Made by a program: the position numbers and the translations under genes. A stretch of 64,000 bases of DNA. Origin: a virus. The stretch lies in the IMG/VR virus record IMGVR_UViG_3300045988_119396; one strand, 5' to 3'. Below, in pieces: positions 19,280 through 29,199 of this stretch. Under the pieces are notes generated by a model, which was not told the DNA's origin, did not search any database, and saw only the letters and a list, made by a program, of their open reading frames with translations. The stretch's first letter is position 1, and each line of letters opens with the position of its first letter.

Positions 19280-20761
19280 TTGCCAAAAAAAATAGAAGAG
19301 TTGTCAGATTTTGAAAAGAACTTAGTATACGACCAACAACGTGAAGAAGGTCTGTATGTATTATCCATATACAAGGACACAGAATTGTATTATGAATACA
19401 AACTAAAACCAACAATGTTCGCTAGTAAAGGTTGGAAAATGTTCTATGGAATTGCACAAGACTTAATAGATAACGGTGGTGTGCATAAATTAGACGCTGT
19501 TACGGTAGGTACTTATGTATCTGGACAAAGTGATAAATTACAAGAGCTATATAATGCCTTTGGTGGATTTCAAGAAATTGCTGATGGTATGGAATTGGTT
19601 GAAGAAAGCAATATCGAAACATACTACAACAATATTCAAAAATACCAAGTGTTGAGAATTTTGTACAAGAAAGGTTTTCCTATCGAAAGTCAATGGAAGA
19701 ACCTTAAAAGTATGCCTTTGGAAGAACTCAACGACTATTTTACTAATGTAATCAACAATGCTTTTATTGATACAGATAGTCAAAATGAAAAGGTTGGGGA
19801 TATTTTTAGAGGTATGGACGAAATGATAGAGTCCGCTAATCTCGGCAAGGAAGCTGGTTTGCCACTAAAGTCAAAGCTAATGGAAGATATACAACATGGC
19901 TTACGTTTAGGTAATATCACTATGCTGGCAGCTCATTCTGGTGTTGGTAAAAGTTTCTTAACAACATTAATTCATGTTCAATCATGTATTGAAAACAAAG
20001 AACCTGTATTAATTATTGCCAACGAAGAAGACAGAAGTAAATGGCAACAGGAATTGTTGGTTAGATTTATTAATACAAAACATAAGAATGCTTATTTCAA
20101 TAAGAACCGTTTCTTTGATGGTAATTTTTCAGACAAGGAAATGGAATACCTTAAAGAAGCAAGCGATTGGTATAAAGCTAATATCGAAGAAAATACTATA
20201 CGATTTGTAAGCATGGAAAGTTTTAGCATGGCTAAGACAATCAGATTAATTAAGAAGTACGCAACAATGTATGGTGTTAAATACTTTGTGTTAGATACAT
20301 TAAAGTTAGATAATGATACAGGCTCACATGTTAGTGATAAAAGTTGGTTGGTTATGCAACAAAACATGGTTAGATTGTATAACGTTATCAAGGAATCCAG
20401 TTTGAATGTTCATGTCTGGGTTACAGCTCAATTATCTAAAGGTGGACGCAATTCAAGATATTTAGACCAATCACAATTAGGGGTTTCTAAAAATATCATT
20501 GACGTTGCCTCATCTGTTATGTTAGTTCGTGATGTAACTCAAAGTGAAAAAGACCCAGAGGCTAAGGCTTCTGAAAGATTAACAGTGCATAATGCAGCTG
20601 GATATGAAGTTGAATTGCAACCAGAAGAAGATTATGTAATCATATTCTGGGACAAGAACCGTCAAGGAACAACTAATGAACAAGTTGTATTAAAGGTAAA
20701 TCGAGGGTTAAATACCTTTACAGATGTAGGGACTTGTCGTTTAGATAGAGCATTGGTATAA
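19280..20761 (+). CDS. DnaB-like replicative helicase
   Basis: Walker A LAAHSGVGKSFLT; Walker B-like FVLDTLK; RecA-fold C-terminal domain. Confidence 0.7.
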   Translation: MPKKIEELSDFEKNLVYDQQREEGLYVLSIYKDTELYYEYKLKPTMFASKGWKMFYGIAQDLIDNGGVHKLDAVTVGTYVSGQSDKLQELYNAFGGFQEIADGMELVEESNIETYYNNIQKYQVLRILYKKGFPIESQWKNLKSMPLEELNDYFTNVINNAFIDTDSQNEKVGDIFRGMDEMIESANLGKEAGLPLKSKLMEDIQHGLRLGNITMLAAHSGVGKSFLTTLIHVQSCIENKEPVLIIANEEDRSKWQQELLVRFINTKHKNAYFNKNRFFDGNFSDKEMEYLKEASDWYKANIEENTIRFVSMESFSMAKTIRLIKKYATMYGVKYFVLDTLKLDNDTGSHVSDKSWLVMQQNMVRLYNVIKESSLNVHVWVTAQLSKGGRNSRYLDQSQLGVSKNIIDVASSVMLVRDVTQSEKDPEAKASERLTVHNAAGYEVELQPEEDYVIIFWDKNRQGTTNEQVVLKVNRGLNTFTDVGTCRLDRALV

Positions 20762-20767
20762 GAAAAG

Positions 20768-20795
20768 TAGCACTCAAAAACGAGTGCTTTTTTCA
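20768..20795 (+). terminator. rho-independent terminator AGCACTCaaaaacGAGTGCT plus TTTTTT
   Basis: Stem-loop then T-run after the helicase gene. Confidence 0.6.
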
Positions 20796-20805
20796 TTTTT
20801 AATCA

Positions 20806-20865
20806 TTGACTTAATATGTATATATGTTATAATATAATAGTTAAGTTAAGAGTTTAGAGAATAAA
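20806..20865 (+). promoter_or_regulatory. promoter TTGACT-16-TATAAT plus conserved leader GTTAAGAGTTTAGAGAATAAA (copy 3)
   Basis: -35 at 20806-11; -10 at 20828-33; leader at 20845-65. Confidence 0.65.
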
Positions 20866-20897
20866 CAATTAGCTTACAAGCACACAATAAGGAAGGT

Positions 20898-21398
20898 GAT
20901 TTTCTGCTTAGTAACTCTTTCTACGAGCATTTAAAAAACGCAGAGTATAAGAATGGTTTAGATGTTGAATGGACATTAGATGATAATGACCCAGACCTAG
21001 TATGGTGCAGAGAATATCTAAGCAATCGTTATTTCTATCAAAGATATTTCGCATTTGCAAATATGGTGATGGAGAACTTAACTCTACGTACAAAACCAAC
21101 TCTCAAGCAAGTCCTTTCTAAATTTGCTGGTAAAAAGACGGACAAGCCATTCATAAAGAAGTTGAAAACAGATAAACACTTCAAAGAATATGCAAGTCTT
21201 GTCAAGAAACACCAAAATCATTACGTATTATCTAGTTCACTCGGCATAGATGATACTACTATCTTTTCTAGTAAGGCAAAAGCCCTTAAATATATCCGTA
21301 CAAATAATTTACAAGGCTATGTTCCTTACCCTTATACCAAGTTACTTTGTAAGAAATACTTGAGAGGGAGGAGGGACATTGATGGAAATTGTAACTGA
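20898..21398 (+). CDS. hypothetical protein; probable N-terminal extension of track ORF 21063..21398
   Basis: Frame is open from 20865. AAGGAAGGTGA RBS at 20889-20899. No canonical start, only a possible CTG at 20904. Confidence 0.35.
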   Translation, partial: DFLLSNSFYEHLKNAEYKNGLDVEWTLDDNDPDLVWCREYLSNRYFYQRYFAFANMVMENLTLRTKPTLKQVLSKFAGKKTDKPFIKKLKTDKHFKEYASLVKKHQNHYVLSSSLGIDDTTIFSSKAKALKYIRTNNLQGYVPYPYTKLLCKKYLRGRRDIDGNCN

Positions 21399-21684
21399 TG
21401 AAGGTCGTGGAACTTTTAAGTTAAGACGTGATTTTAACATGGCAAAGTTCAAGTCGATTATTCATTACGAGATGTTCACAACTCTTGACCTTAAAGAGTA
21501 TCACCGTTCCAAAGGTGCTATATCAGCTGTTTTAAGTAAAGATGATGTGGACAGGGCTATTGAGTCTGGTAGACCTATTTTGGTTTATCACGAAACAAGT
21601 AATCATGTAGCAGATATGCTAGATTATTACAACGTTGATGACGCTCAAGCGATGCAAATAGTAAAGGCTGTGAAAAGCTCATGA
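21379..21684 (+). CDS. hypothetical protein
   Basis: RBS GGGAGGAGGG. Confidence 0.4.
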   Translation: MMEIVTDEGRGTFKLRRDFNMAKFKSIIHYEMFTTLDLKEYHRSKGAISAVLSKDDVDRAIESGRPILVYHETSNHVADMLDYYNVDDAQAMQIVKAVKSS

Positions 21685-24002
21685 GAGATGGAATTAAATT
21701 TGTAGGAACACTTAATAACTATATTTTTTCTTCCAAAACAAGTGATTTTAAAATTGCTAGTATTAACGTTCTTGATGAGCTAGAAGGCTTATTCAGATAC
21801 AACAATTATGGCAATATCACTCTTAAAGGTGGTATGGAGCTACTACCAAAAACAGAGTATGAAATTGTTGCCTCGTATATTGTTGATAAGAAATATGGTG
21901 AGCAATATAATATCGAGTCATATAAGCGTACACGTGCTATTGAAGATATGAGTACAGAAGACTTTAACGAGTTTATGGCTAGTCTAGGTAATAGTGCTGA
22001 TAAGGTCGCTGAATACTTTGGTGAAAAGACTAAAGATGTTATGAATAAGGCCCTTGAACAAAACGATACCAGTGAACTTGAAAAGGTAAACGGTATTGGT
22101 AAGGTTAAGGCTACAAAGATATTAGATAAGTATGGCAGTCAACGTGATTATAGTATGGCTATTGCAGTGTTTGGTAAGTGGGGTTTTACTCATTCTAAGA
22201 TTAAAACTATCGTTAACAAGTATCGTAACCAAGATTTAGCTATCAAAAAGCTGAATGAAAATCCATACAATCTATATCTTGACCGTATTTCTGGCATAGG
22301 GTTTAAGACTATTGATAACAAAGCGTTAGAAAATGGTATTGCTCCCAATGACAGAAGACGTGTTGAGGCTTATATCTATAATTTCTTTGATGATTTAAGC
22401 ATGTCTGGTGACTCATATATTCCTATTGAAAAGCTACGTAATCATCTACGTACAGAAGTCTACAATGCTGATTTAGATAGTGCTACTAACTTTATCTTAG
22501 ACAATGAAGACTTTAAGATATTCAAAAAAGATGGTGTTAATTGCGTAGCTTTAAGGGAAATATATGAACTTGAGAAGAAAACAGCTTATGAATTATTAAG
22601 GGTTCAAAATGCTTGGGATAACAAAAAGAGTATTGATGATATTGATACCTACATATCAGAAGTCGAAAAGGAACAAGGATGGAAGTATGGTAAGCAACAA
22701 TTAGAAGCTATCCATACCATCGCCACAAACAACGTCTTCTTATTACAAGGTTATTCTGGTACAGGTAAATCATCTTTGCTTAAAGCAGTAGTAAGAGCTA
22801 TGCAAGCTAACAACTTTACAATAGCTCAATGTGCTTTGTCTGGTAAGGCAGCGGATAACTTAACCAAAGTTACAGGGTTGCAAGGTATGACTATTCATAG
22901 ATTATTACAATACAATCCTAGCTCAGACTCCATGTTTAATTATTGGAAGAAGAACCCATTGCCTTATGATGTAATTATTTTAGATGAAGTTTCAATGGTT
23001 AGTTTAGACCTGTTTTATAGTTTGGTTAGTGCAATCAAAGATGGGGCTAAGTTAATCATGGTAGGTGACTCGGGTCAGCTTGACTCAATCGGTATCGGTG
23101 TCATGTCTGGTATTTTGGACTCGCAAGTTATTCCTACAATCACCTTGACTGAAATCCATAGACAAGCAGAAGAAAGTGCCATTATATCTCATTCTATTAC
23201 GTATCGTAAAGGTGCTATGCCAAAGGAAGTAAATAAAGAAGGCTTGTTCCTATGTGGTACTAAAAAGGACTTAGTATATAAGTTACTTGAGAATGAGAAG
23301 GAACATGATGGGCAAGGTAAAGTGGTAGATAATCTAACTCCTAACGCTTTAGTCTTTTTCAAGAAAGCCTTGAGTAAGTATGAAGTAAAGGATATACAGA
23401 TTATCACACAAACTACAAAGAATTGTAATGCGTTAAATGCACTTTGCCAACAGATTGCTAACCCTAAGAATAGGGAAAAGGAAGAGTATGTCGTTTCATT
23501 CCAAAACAAAGATGATGATTATGTTTTACGTGTAGGTGATAAGGTTATCAATACAGTAAACAATAGACGTACTGTTTCTGCTGAAAAAGGCAATCCTATT
23601 ACACCTATCTATAATGGCAACACTGGAATAATCGAGTCTATTACAAAGCAAGTTGACGAAGATGGCGATGAATATATCGAGTCTGTAATCAACTTTGACG
23701 GTATCGGTAGGGTTCTTTTGAGCAGTGCCGATTTGAGAAGTATTAGACTTGGTTATGCAATTACAGTACATAAGTCACAGGGTTCAACTATCCCATGTGT
23801 GATTGTAGTATTACCATTCCAATTCATGTTAAACAGTCGTGAGTTGGTTTATACAGCTATTACACGTACAAGTGAATTATGTTTTGTAATTTCCAGTTAT
23901 GCTACTTTGGCTAAGGCTATTAAGAAGTCTACAAACAAGGTGCATAAAACAAATCTATCTGCATTCATGTCTTTGGAAGCTAGAAAGAGAGGTGAAATTT
24001 AG
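21681..24002 (+). CDS. RecD-like (SF1B) DNA helicase with N-terminal helix-hairpin-helix
   Basis: GYSGTGKSS (motif I), IILDEVSMV (motif II), TVHKSQGST (motif VI), HhH GIGKVKATKIL. Confidence 0.75.
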   Translation: MRDGIKFVGTLNNYIFSSKTSDFKIASINVLDELEGLFRYNNYGNITLKGGMELLPKTEYEIVASYIVDKKYGEQYNIESYKRTRAIEDMSTEDFNEFMASLGNSADKVAEYFGEKTKDVMNKALEQNDTSELEKVNGIGKVKATKILDKYGSQRDYSMAIAVFGKWGFTHSKIKTIVNKYRNQDLAIKKLNENPYNLYLDRISGIGFKTIDNKALENGIAPNDRRRVEAYIYNFFDDLSMSGDSYIPIEKLRNHLRTEVYNADLDSATNFILDNEDFKIFKKDGVNCVALREIYELEKKTAYELLRVQNAWDNKKSIDDIDTYISEVEKEQGWKYGKQQLEAIHTIATNNVFLLQGYSGTGKSSLLKAVVRAMQANNFTIAQCALSGKAADNLTKVTGLQGMTIHRLLQYNPSSDSMFNYWKKNPLPYDVIILDEVSMVSLDLFYSLVSAIKDGAKLIMVGDSGQLDSIGIGVMSGILDSQVIPTITLTEIHRQAEESAIISHSITYRKGAMPKEVNKEGLFLCGTKKDLVYKLLENEKEHDGQGKVVDNLTPNALVFFKKALSKYEVKDIQIITQTTKNCNALNALCQQIANPKNREKEEYVVSFQNKDDDYVLRVGDKVINTVNNRRTVSAEKGNPITPIYNGNTGIIESITKQVDEDGDEYIESVINFDGIGRVLLSSADLRSIRLGYAITVHKSQGSTIPCVIVVLPFQFMLNSRELVYTAITRTSELCFVISSYATLAKAIKKSTNKVHKTNLSAFMSLEARKRGEI

Positions 24003-24385
24003 TGACAAAACCATATCGTTGGTATAAAGGTGAACCTGTTATCATGAAAAAAGTCTATTACATAGGCAATCAAATGTTTACTAGATTGGAACACTTCTAT
24101 ACTAAGGAGGTAATTCCAGCAGTTGATGTTCATGATGTTAAAGATACTTGTGAAGAAAGCCTAGAAATTGCTAGTGATTTACAGGAAGAACCGAAGCAAG
24201 AAGAACAAACACAAGTCAATAAGATTAAGTTTACTGATGTAAATGGTAATGAAAATGCGTTTGAAGAAAACAGCAAAGAATACCAAAAGTTTGTTGATGA
24301 TAACAAGCTAAAAGATGAGTTTATTGGACGTGTCTTAGATGGCAAAATCAATAAACATAAAGGTTTTAATATCGAACGTGTATAG
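24002..24385 (+). CDS. hypothetical protein
   Basis: Overlaps the upstream stop (ATGA junction). Confidence 0.45.
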   Translation: MTKPYRWYKGEPVIMKKVYYIGNQMFTRLEHFYTKEVIPAVDVHDVKDTCEESLEIASDLQEEPKQEEQTQVNKIKFTDVNGNENAFEENSKEYQKFVDDNKLKDEFIGRVLDGKINKHKGFNIERV

Positions 24386-24417
24386 CCTTAACATTCGGGA
24401 AGTGTGCAAGGTTGTGA

Positions 24418-24564
24418 GATGTTTGATGATTATGAAACGTCTGAATTATTAGATGTACTCAATTACATTTTACGTTCTGGGAGATGGAAAGAGTTAGAGT
24501 ATGTCTATTCAGAGTTAGTTTTAGAGCTACGGAAGCGTAGTGAGTTGTTGGGTATGATTTATTA
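24418..24564 (+). CDS. small hypothetical protein (48 aa)
   Basis: ATG after AAGGTTGTGAG; not in the ORF track (<60 aa). Confidence 0.3.
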
Positions 24565-24860
24565 AAAGGTATAAAAATAGGATAGCCTTATCAGAAATCA
24601 GCTATCCTAGAACATCGTGAGTGTACCGACCCTTTTTAATTCCGAACATTTGATTAAATTACAGATGGAAATAGAAAGGTGTTTTTGACATTTTTCGTTT
24701 CAGTTTCAGTATGTTAAATCAATTAGAAGTACACTCGGTTCATGCCTATTATACCTTACATTCATTACGTTTTCTATACAAAATTAAGAAGCGATGTTAA
24801 TCGTGGATAAGCAAGTCGTAAGACTGAAAGCTAAAGAGAAGAAAGAAGAGGTAATTCATT

Positions 24861-25625
24861 TTGGAAAACAATACAGTAGATAAGTTTGATAACACAGGTG
24901 CATGGTATAACGTGTTGAAACCAACATGGTATCTAGAACAAATGAAAGGCTGGTCTTTCCCTAGCTACATGTTATTGATGTTTGGCTTAGGTGCAATTAT
25001 TGGTATGACAGCTGCTAGTGGTATCAATGGTATCTCAATTTTAACTTTATTGGCTGGTACATTAGGCTTTACATGTACTATTTCTATTACAAATGCTAAA
25101 CCATTAAACGGTATTTTTGGTTTGGTTAGTGCTTTGATTTACATTACAGTAGCTATTCATGCCAAAAACTTTAATGATGTTCTATTGCAAACTGTTTATA
25201 TCTTGTTATTGGACTTACCAGTATTGCTTATGCCATCTTGGGCAAAGAACGTTGAAGAAAAGGTGCGTTTCTTACATGAAGGTGGTAAAGGTAAGCGTAA
25301 TTGGTTATTAACATTAGTATTCTTCGTAGTAGTTGCTTTAGTATTGTACTACTCAGATACACATTGGTTCATTAGCCCACGTCCAGTTGTAGATAGTGTG
25401 GCAGCAGCTATCGGTATTACAGGTGCTATGTTAACTACATTACGTTTTTCAGAAAGCTACTATTTTTGGATTGCACAAGGTCTTTCTTCTGTTATCTTAT
25501 GGGGAATTACCGCAGCAAGTGGAGCAGTTAACTGGGTATTATTCGTAACATACCTATTGTACTTATCTAATGACGCAGTTGCATTATTTGATGAGAAGAT
25601 TAGCTGGTTCCATCATAATAAATAG
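24861..25625 (+). CDS. PnuC-like nicotinamide riboside transporter (probable)
   Basis: About 7 TM helices, 254 aa, conserved Trp/Asn pattern. Assignment is from recalled PnuC features. Confidence 0.4.
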   Translation: MENNTVDKFDNTGAWYNVLKPTWYLEQMKGWSFPSYMLLMFGLGAIIGMTAASGINGISILTLLAGTLGFTCTISITNAKPLNGIFGLVSALIYITVAIHAKNFNDVLLQTVYILLLDLPVLLMPSWAKNVEEKVRFLHEGGKGKRNWLLTLVFFVVVALVLYYSDTHWFISPRPVVDSVAAAIGITGAMLTTLRFSESYYFWIAQGLSSVILWGITAASGAVNWVLFVTYLLYLSNDAVALFDEKISWFHHNK

Positions 25626-25756
25626 GGCTCCCTAATGCTAAAAGTTAGTTAAGTGGTTGTTACTAACGGTTATTAAAGTATGGTTGTTAGACTGGGTTTT
25701 CCAGTCTTTTAGAAGCGGTAGATATAAGCTACTGTTTCTAAAAGGAGGGAAAGTAA

Positions 25757-25989
25757 TGGAAGATTGGAATTGGAAACAAATTAGAAGGCAATCCATTATT
25801 GGTTTGATTATTGGTTTCATTGTCATCAATATTTATGCTGTGTTATATGTGATGTTTCATGGAACAAGTAAAATGGCAGATACTCTGTTGGACGTAAATA
25901 TGTTTATGATTATTGCACCTTGTAGTGTAGTATTCATGATGAGTTTTCTGGGGTTAATAGTGTCGATGGGAGTTGAAGATGATGAATGA
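25757..25989 (+). CDS. small membrane protein
   Basis: ATG after AAAGGAGGGAAAGTA; inner start of track ORF 25657..25989. Confidence 0.4.
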
Positions 25990-26008
25990 TAAAAAGGAAG
26001 TGATATAA

Positions 26009-26188
26009 ATGGAAGTTTTGAAACTATTCGTAGGAACTTGTGCCTTCACATTAGCTTTCCTTTTCTTGTACATATCGAGTAGAGCATTTATGGTAGGTAT
26101 GTTTATGCTTGGTTTCATGTCTGCATTGATTGGAATAGGCATGGGTCATCTATCATATTCAATGTTTATAGATTTGTTTGAAGATTAA
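26009..26188 (+). CDS. small membrane protein (59 aa)
   Basis: ATG after AAAAGGAAGTGA; two TM helices; below the track cutoff. Confidence 0.35.
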   Translation: MEVLKLFVGTCAFTLAFLFLYISSRAFMVGMFMLGFMSALIGIGMGHLSYSMFIDLFED

Positions 26189-26414
26189 AGGAGTGGTATT
26201 CATAGTAGGAAAGATAATTGATGGAATATTATTGGGGCTATTAACACTTGTATATTTAGCTCTATTAGCTTGTGTAATATATTTCTTTCCACATGTAATT
26301 CATGTATATTTTGGATTGGGTTGGTTAATACTATATTGGTTGTTCTTTGGAATACAAACTATATTAGGTTTAGTTGTAGTGCTGCTAATTATTATAGGTA
26401 GCTTAGGTGATTAG
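26178..26414 (+). CDS. small membrane protein
   Basis: Track ORF; highly hydrophobic. Confidence 0.35.
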   Translation: MKIKGVVFIVGKIIDGILLGLLTLVYLALLACVIYFFPHVIHVYFGLGWLILYWLFFGIQTILGLVVVLLIIIGSLGD

Positions 26415-26472
26415 TCCAATGCAACTATAATAAATTGAGATAAATAAATGTGTTAACAGAGGAGGTGTAGGT

Positions 26473-26886
26473 ATGACATTACATTTGGGAAAATTTGACG
26501 ATTTGACGTTAGATACCAAGTATGAGTACAAATATTGTATGCTTGTCTATATTAAAAGTAGCTTGTATGATACACACGTTGTTCAGTTCACATATTTCAA
26601 TAGTCTTTTTGAATTAGAAAAGGGATATAAAACACTTGTTGACGCATTAGAAGGTCGTAGTAAATGGGTTAATACCGAGGCTGGCGTTTTTCGTGTAGAA
26701 GATATTGAACATATTGCTCCAGTGGTTGCCTATAATGTCCCATCTGACGAATTTGACGAGGGGACATACAAAAGATGTTTGGACTTTGACATAAGCAAAG
26801 GTGACGTTTTTGACGGTCGATACAATCATATTAAACACGTTCCTATTGATTTGATACGTGCTAGTGAAAGATGGGTGCGTGAATAA
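26473..26886 (+). CDS. hypothetical protein
   Basis: RBS GAGGAGGTGTAGGT. Confidence 0.45.
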   Translation: MTLHLGKFDDLTLDTKYEYKYCMLVYIKSSLYDTHVVQFTYFNSLFELEKGYKTLVDALEGRSKWVNTEAGVFRVEDIEHIAPVVAYNVPSDEFDEGTYKRCLDFDISKGDVFDGRYNHIKHVPIDLIRASERWVRE

Positions 26887-26912
26887 AATGGATATTTTAT
26901 AAGGAGATTTTT

Positions 26913-27182
26913 ATGGAAATAATAGACAATCGCAACATAATTGTTGATGAAAATATCAAAACTGGTGACGTCTTAGAGGTCATTGACCCAGAAGACCATA
27001 GACATGAGTATTGGATTGTTGGTTGTCATGGTGATATTGACGAAGAAAAAGCTGGATACTCACTTATTAACTTGGAAACTGGTGTGGCATTATTAGCAAC
27101 AGACCTTGACTCAGCACTTAAATACTATTGCTTAGGCTGTGATATTAGAGTAGTAGATACGGAATTGCATATAGTTGAATAG
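26913..27182 (+). CDS. tandem paralog family member 1 (about 90 aa)
   Basis: Shared pattern: GDV(I/L) then Y.IV, then Y.L(I/V)(D/N)LE.G. Confidence 0.5.
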   Translation: MEIIDNRNIIVDENIKTGDVLEVIDPEDHRHEYWIVGCHGDIDEEKAGYSLINLETGVALLATDLDSALKYYCLGCDIRVVDTELHIVE

Positions 27183-27192
27183 GGGTGTGTTC

Positions 27193-27450
27193 ATGGAAAT
27201 TGTACAAGGATTAAAACGTAATTTAATAGTTGGTGACGTAATCAAAATTTATCGCACCAAATACGCAGATGAATATGTAGATTATATAATGGTAGCACAT
27301 CACGAAAACATAAAAACATACTATTTGGTTGACTTAGAGTCTGGGACTTTTATATATACAACTCGTGATTTTGAGAGTATTCGTGAGTTTTTAGATACAG
27401 ATGTTAACGATTGGGAAATTGTAGACGCTAAGTTAATTGTATCTAAGTAG
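27193..27450 (+). CDS. tandem paralog family member 2
   Basis: ATG after GGGGTGTGTTC; same pattern. Confidence 0.5.
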   Translation: MEIVQGLKRNLIVGDVIKIYRTKYADEYVDYIMVAHHENIKTYYLVDLESGTFIYTTRDFESIREFLDTDVNDWEIVDAKLIVSK

Positions 27451-27460
27451 AGGTGTAAGT

Positions 27461-27718
27461 ATGTCATTACGTAGAAATGTGAATGTGATAAAAAGTCTTA
27501 GAAGTGGAGATATAATTGACCTCGGCTTGAATGGGCATAGCGAATACTACATAGTAGCGTACCAAGCGGTTGGTGGAAGGTATTGTTTAGTCAACCTACA
27601 AGATGGCTACACAAGTGTATATGGGGATAGCCTAGCGTATATTGAAGACTTCTTGCGTGGCTTAGGTTATGAAATTATAGAAGATACAGAAGTACGTGTT
27701 AGTGATTTTAGCTTTTAG
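27461..27718 (+). CDS. tandem paralog family member 3
   Basis: ATG after GAGGTGTAAGT; same pattern. Confidence 0.5.
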   Translation: MSLRRNVNVIKSLRSGDIIDLGLNGHSEYYIVAYQAVGGRYCLVNLQDGYTSVYGDSLAYIEDFLRGLGYEIIEDTEVRVSDFSF

Positions 27719-27730
27719 GAGGTGTACATA

Positions 27731-28009
27731 TTGGATATTAAAGAGATATTGGATAGAGAAGACTTGCGTTTGGGTGATGTAATCTACGATAAAACTCTTG
27801 ACAAACACTTCATGTTGGCGGTGAATTGGGCTGAATTTGACACTTTCGCATGTGTTATTGATTTGGAATATGGTGCAGTTATTAAAGACTATACGGTAGG
27901 TAATTCCATTGGGTTTTGGGAAGACTTCTTTGGTGATGATGATGTGGAACTTGTAGATGAGCTTACAGCTGTTAGAGAAACGGAGGAAGAAGACGATAAT
28001 GAAGATTGA
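27731..28009 (+). CDS. tandem paralog family member 4 (acidic C-terminus)
   Basis: TTG after GGAGGTGTACATA; same pattern. Confidence 0.45.
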   Translation: MDIKEILDREDLRLGDVIYDKTLDKHFMLAVNWAEFDTFACVIDLEYGAVIKDYTVGNSIGFWEDFFGDDDVELVDELTAVRETEEEDDNED

Positions 28010-28157
28010 GCTAGAGAAAATCCTAACAACAATAGTCTTTTTGATAATTGTAGTTGGTTTAATTTTTTTACAGATAGATACAGTCATGAAATTTTCAGCT
28101 GCAATGTTGGTTTTAATTTATTGGGAACTTGAAGATATTTTGAGAAAACTTGATTAG
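27999..28157 (+). CDS. small membrane protein (52 aa)
   Basis: ATG after GGAGGAAGAAGACGATA; inner start of track ORF 27957..28157. Confidence 0.4.
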   Translation: MKIELEKILTTIVFLIIVVGLIFLQIDTVMKFSAAMLVLIYWELEDILRKLD

Positions 28158-28169
28158 GAGGAATAGCTC

Positions 28170-28580
28170 ATGGATAGACCATTACAGAACATAAACGATA
28201 TAGATACATCTAAAATTGTTGAAGTCTATGATAATCTAGTGTGGTACAAATTATCATTAGATAATGGTTGGACATCTTATACGCTGCGTGCACATGATTG
28301 TATGCACGACAACGTGGAAATCTACAACAAGGATAATATCTATTCTGATGATGGATATACCCTCGGTGTTAATTTCTCTCATATTCCATCTGAACGCTAT
28401 GATGAACTACGTCCCATTGTTAAGTGGTATGGCTGTAAGATTGAAGATGATGGGGAAGTTGTATTGCATACTAATAAGATGAGATTTGGGAATCCGTTAT
28501 TAAATATGACGTTAGCCCTTAGTACAATCGAAAACTACTTCGAGTTTAGTGGCAAGAAGGGAGATTATCCATACGAATGA
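28170..28580 (+). CDS. hypothetical protein
   Basis: RBS TAGGAGGAATAGCTC. Confidence 0.45.
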   Translation: MDRPLQNINDIDTSKIVEVYDNLVWYKLSLDNGWTSYTLRAHDCMHDNVEIYNKDNIYSDDGYTLGVNFSHIPSERYDELRPIVKWYGCKIEDDGEVVLHTNKMRFGNPLLNMTLALSTIENYFEFSGKKGDYPYE

Positions 28581-28951
28581 CAAGTGCTGAAAGAGAGTTT
28601 AATAAGTCAGTGCGTAATCTATCTACATACCTTGAGAGTGATGACATGATTTCTGCTGATAACGAACTAAAAGTTATGCGTAAAGTATATGACGAGATGA
28701 AAAAGATAGAAAGCCATAGCATTACATTATGGCTATTTGTTACAGCGGCTTTGGTTGTGTATATTGGTATGGGATGGGGTAAGTACGAAATACTAACCAT
28801 GCTAATGACAGGACTAGAGGCATTTTCATTTGCTCTAATGACTTATACTTCTAATATAGTAGATAATTTTATTGACAATATCGAATATTGGGAAGACAAG
28901 TATAATTTACATAAGGGGGTGAACAGACGAGTTGACAACAGTATCAACTAA
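28577..28951 (+). CDS. membrane protein
   Basis: Two TM helices; overlaps the upstream stop. Confidence 0.45.
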   Translation: MTSAEREFNKSVRNLSTYLESDDMISADNELKVMRKVYDEMKKIESHSITLWLFVTAALVVYIGMGWGKYEILTMLMTGLEAFSFALMTYTSNIVDNFIDNIEYWEDKYNLHKGVNRRVDNSIN

Positions 28952-29180
28952 TAATGTAGTAACAGTATATACTAAGAATAATTGTCCGCAATGCAAGATA
29001 ACAAAACGTAAGTTGCATATTTTGGGTATTAACTATCATGAACACAATGTAGATGAAGACCCTAAAGCATTAGAATATCTAATAGAAAGAGGCTTGCGTA
29101 GTTTACCTGTTGTAGTTACAGAAGATGATACATGGACTGGGCTACGAATGGATAAGTTAAACAATCTTCAAAAAAGATGA
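28932..29180 (+). CDS. NrdH-like glutaredoxin
   Basis: CPQC redox motif in a thioredoxin-fold-sized protein. Confidence 0.6.
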   Translation: MTTVSTNNVVTVYTKNNCPQCKITKRKLHILGINYHEHNVDEDPKALEYLIERGLRSLPVVVTEDDTWTGLRMDKLNNLQKR

Positions 29181-29199
29181 ATATTTCTTAGTTTTTCTG

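Noticed and set aside
465-20391. Minus-strand ORFs inside the + strand early region (465..668, 6255..6461, 7162..7398, 9142..9438, 12437..12649, 14102..15594, 18575..19142, 19547..20391)
   Set aside because: Antisense to + strand genes that have RBSs and coupled starts. Hydrophobic or low-complexity translations typical of AT-rich antisense frames.
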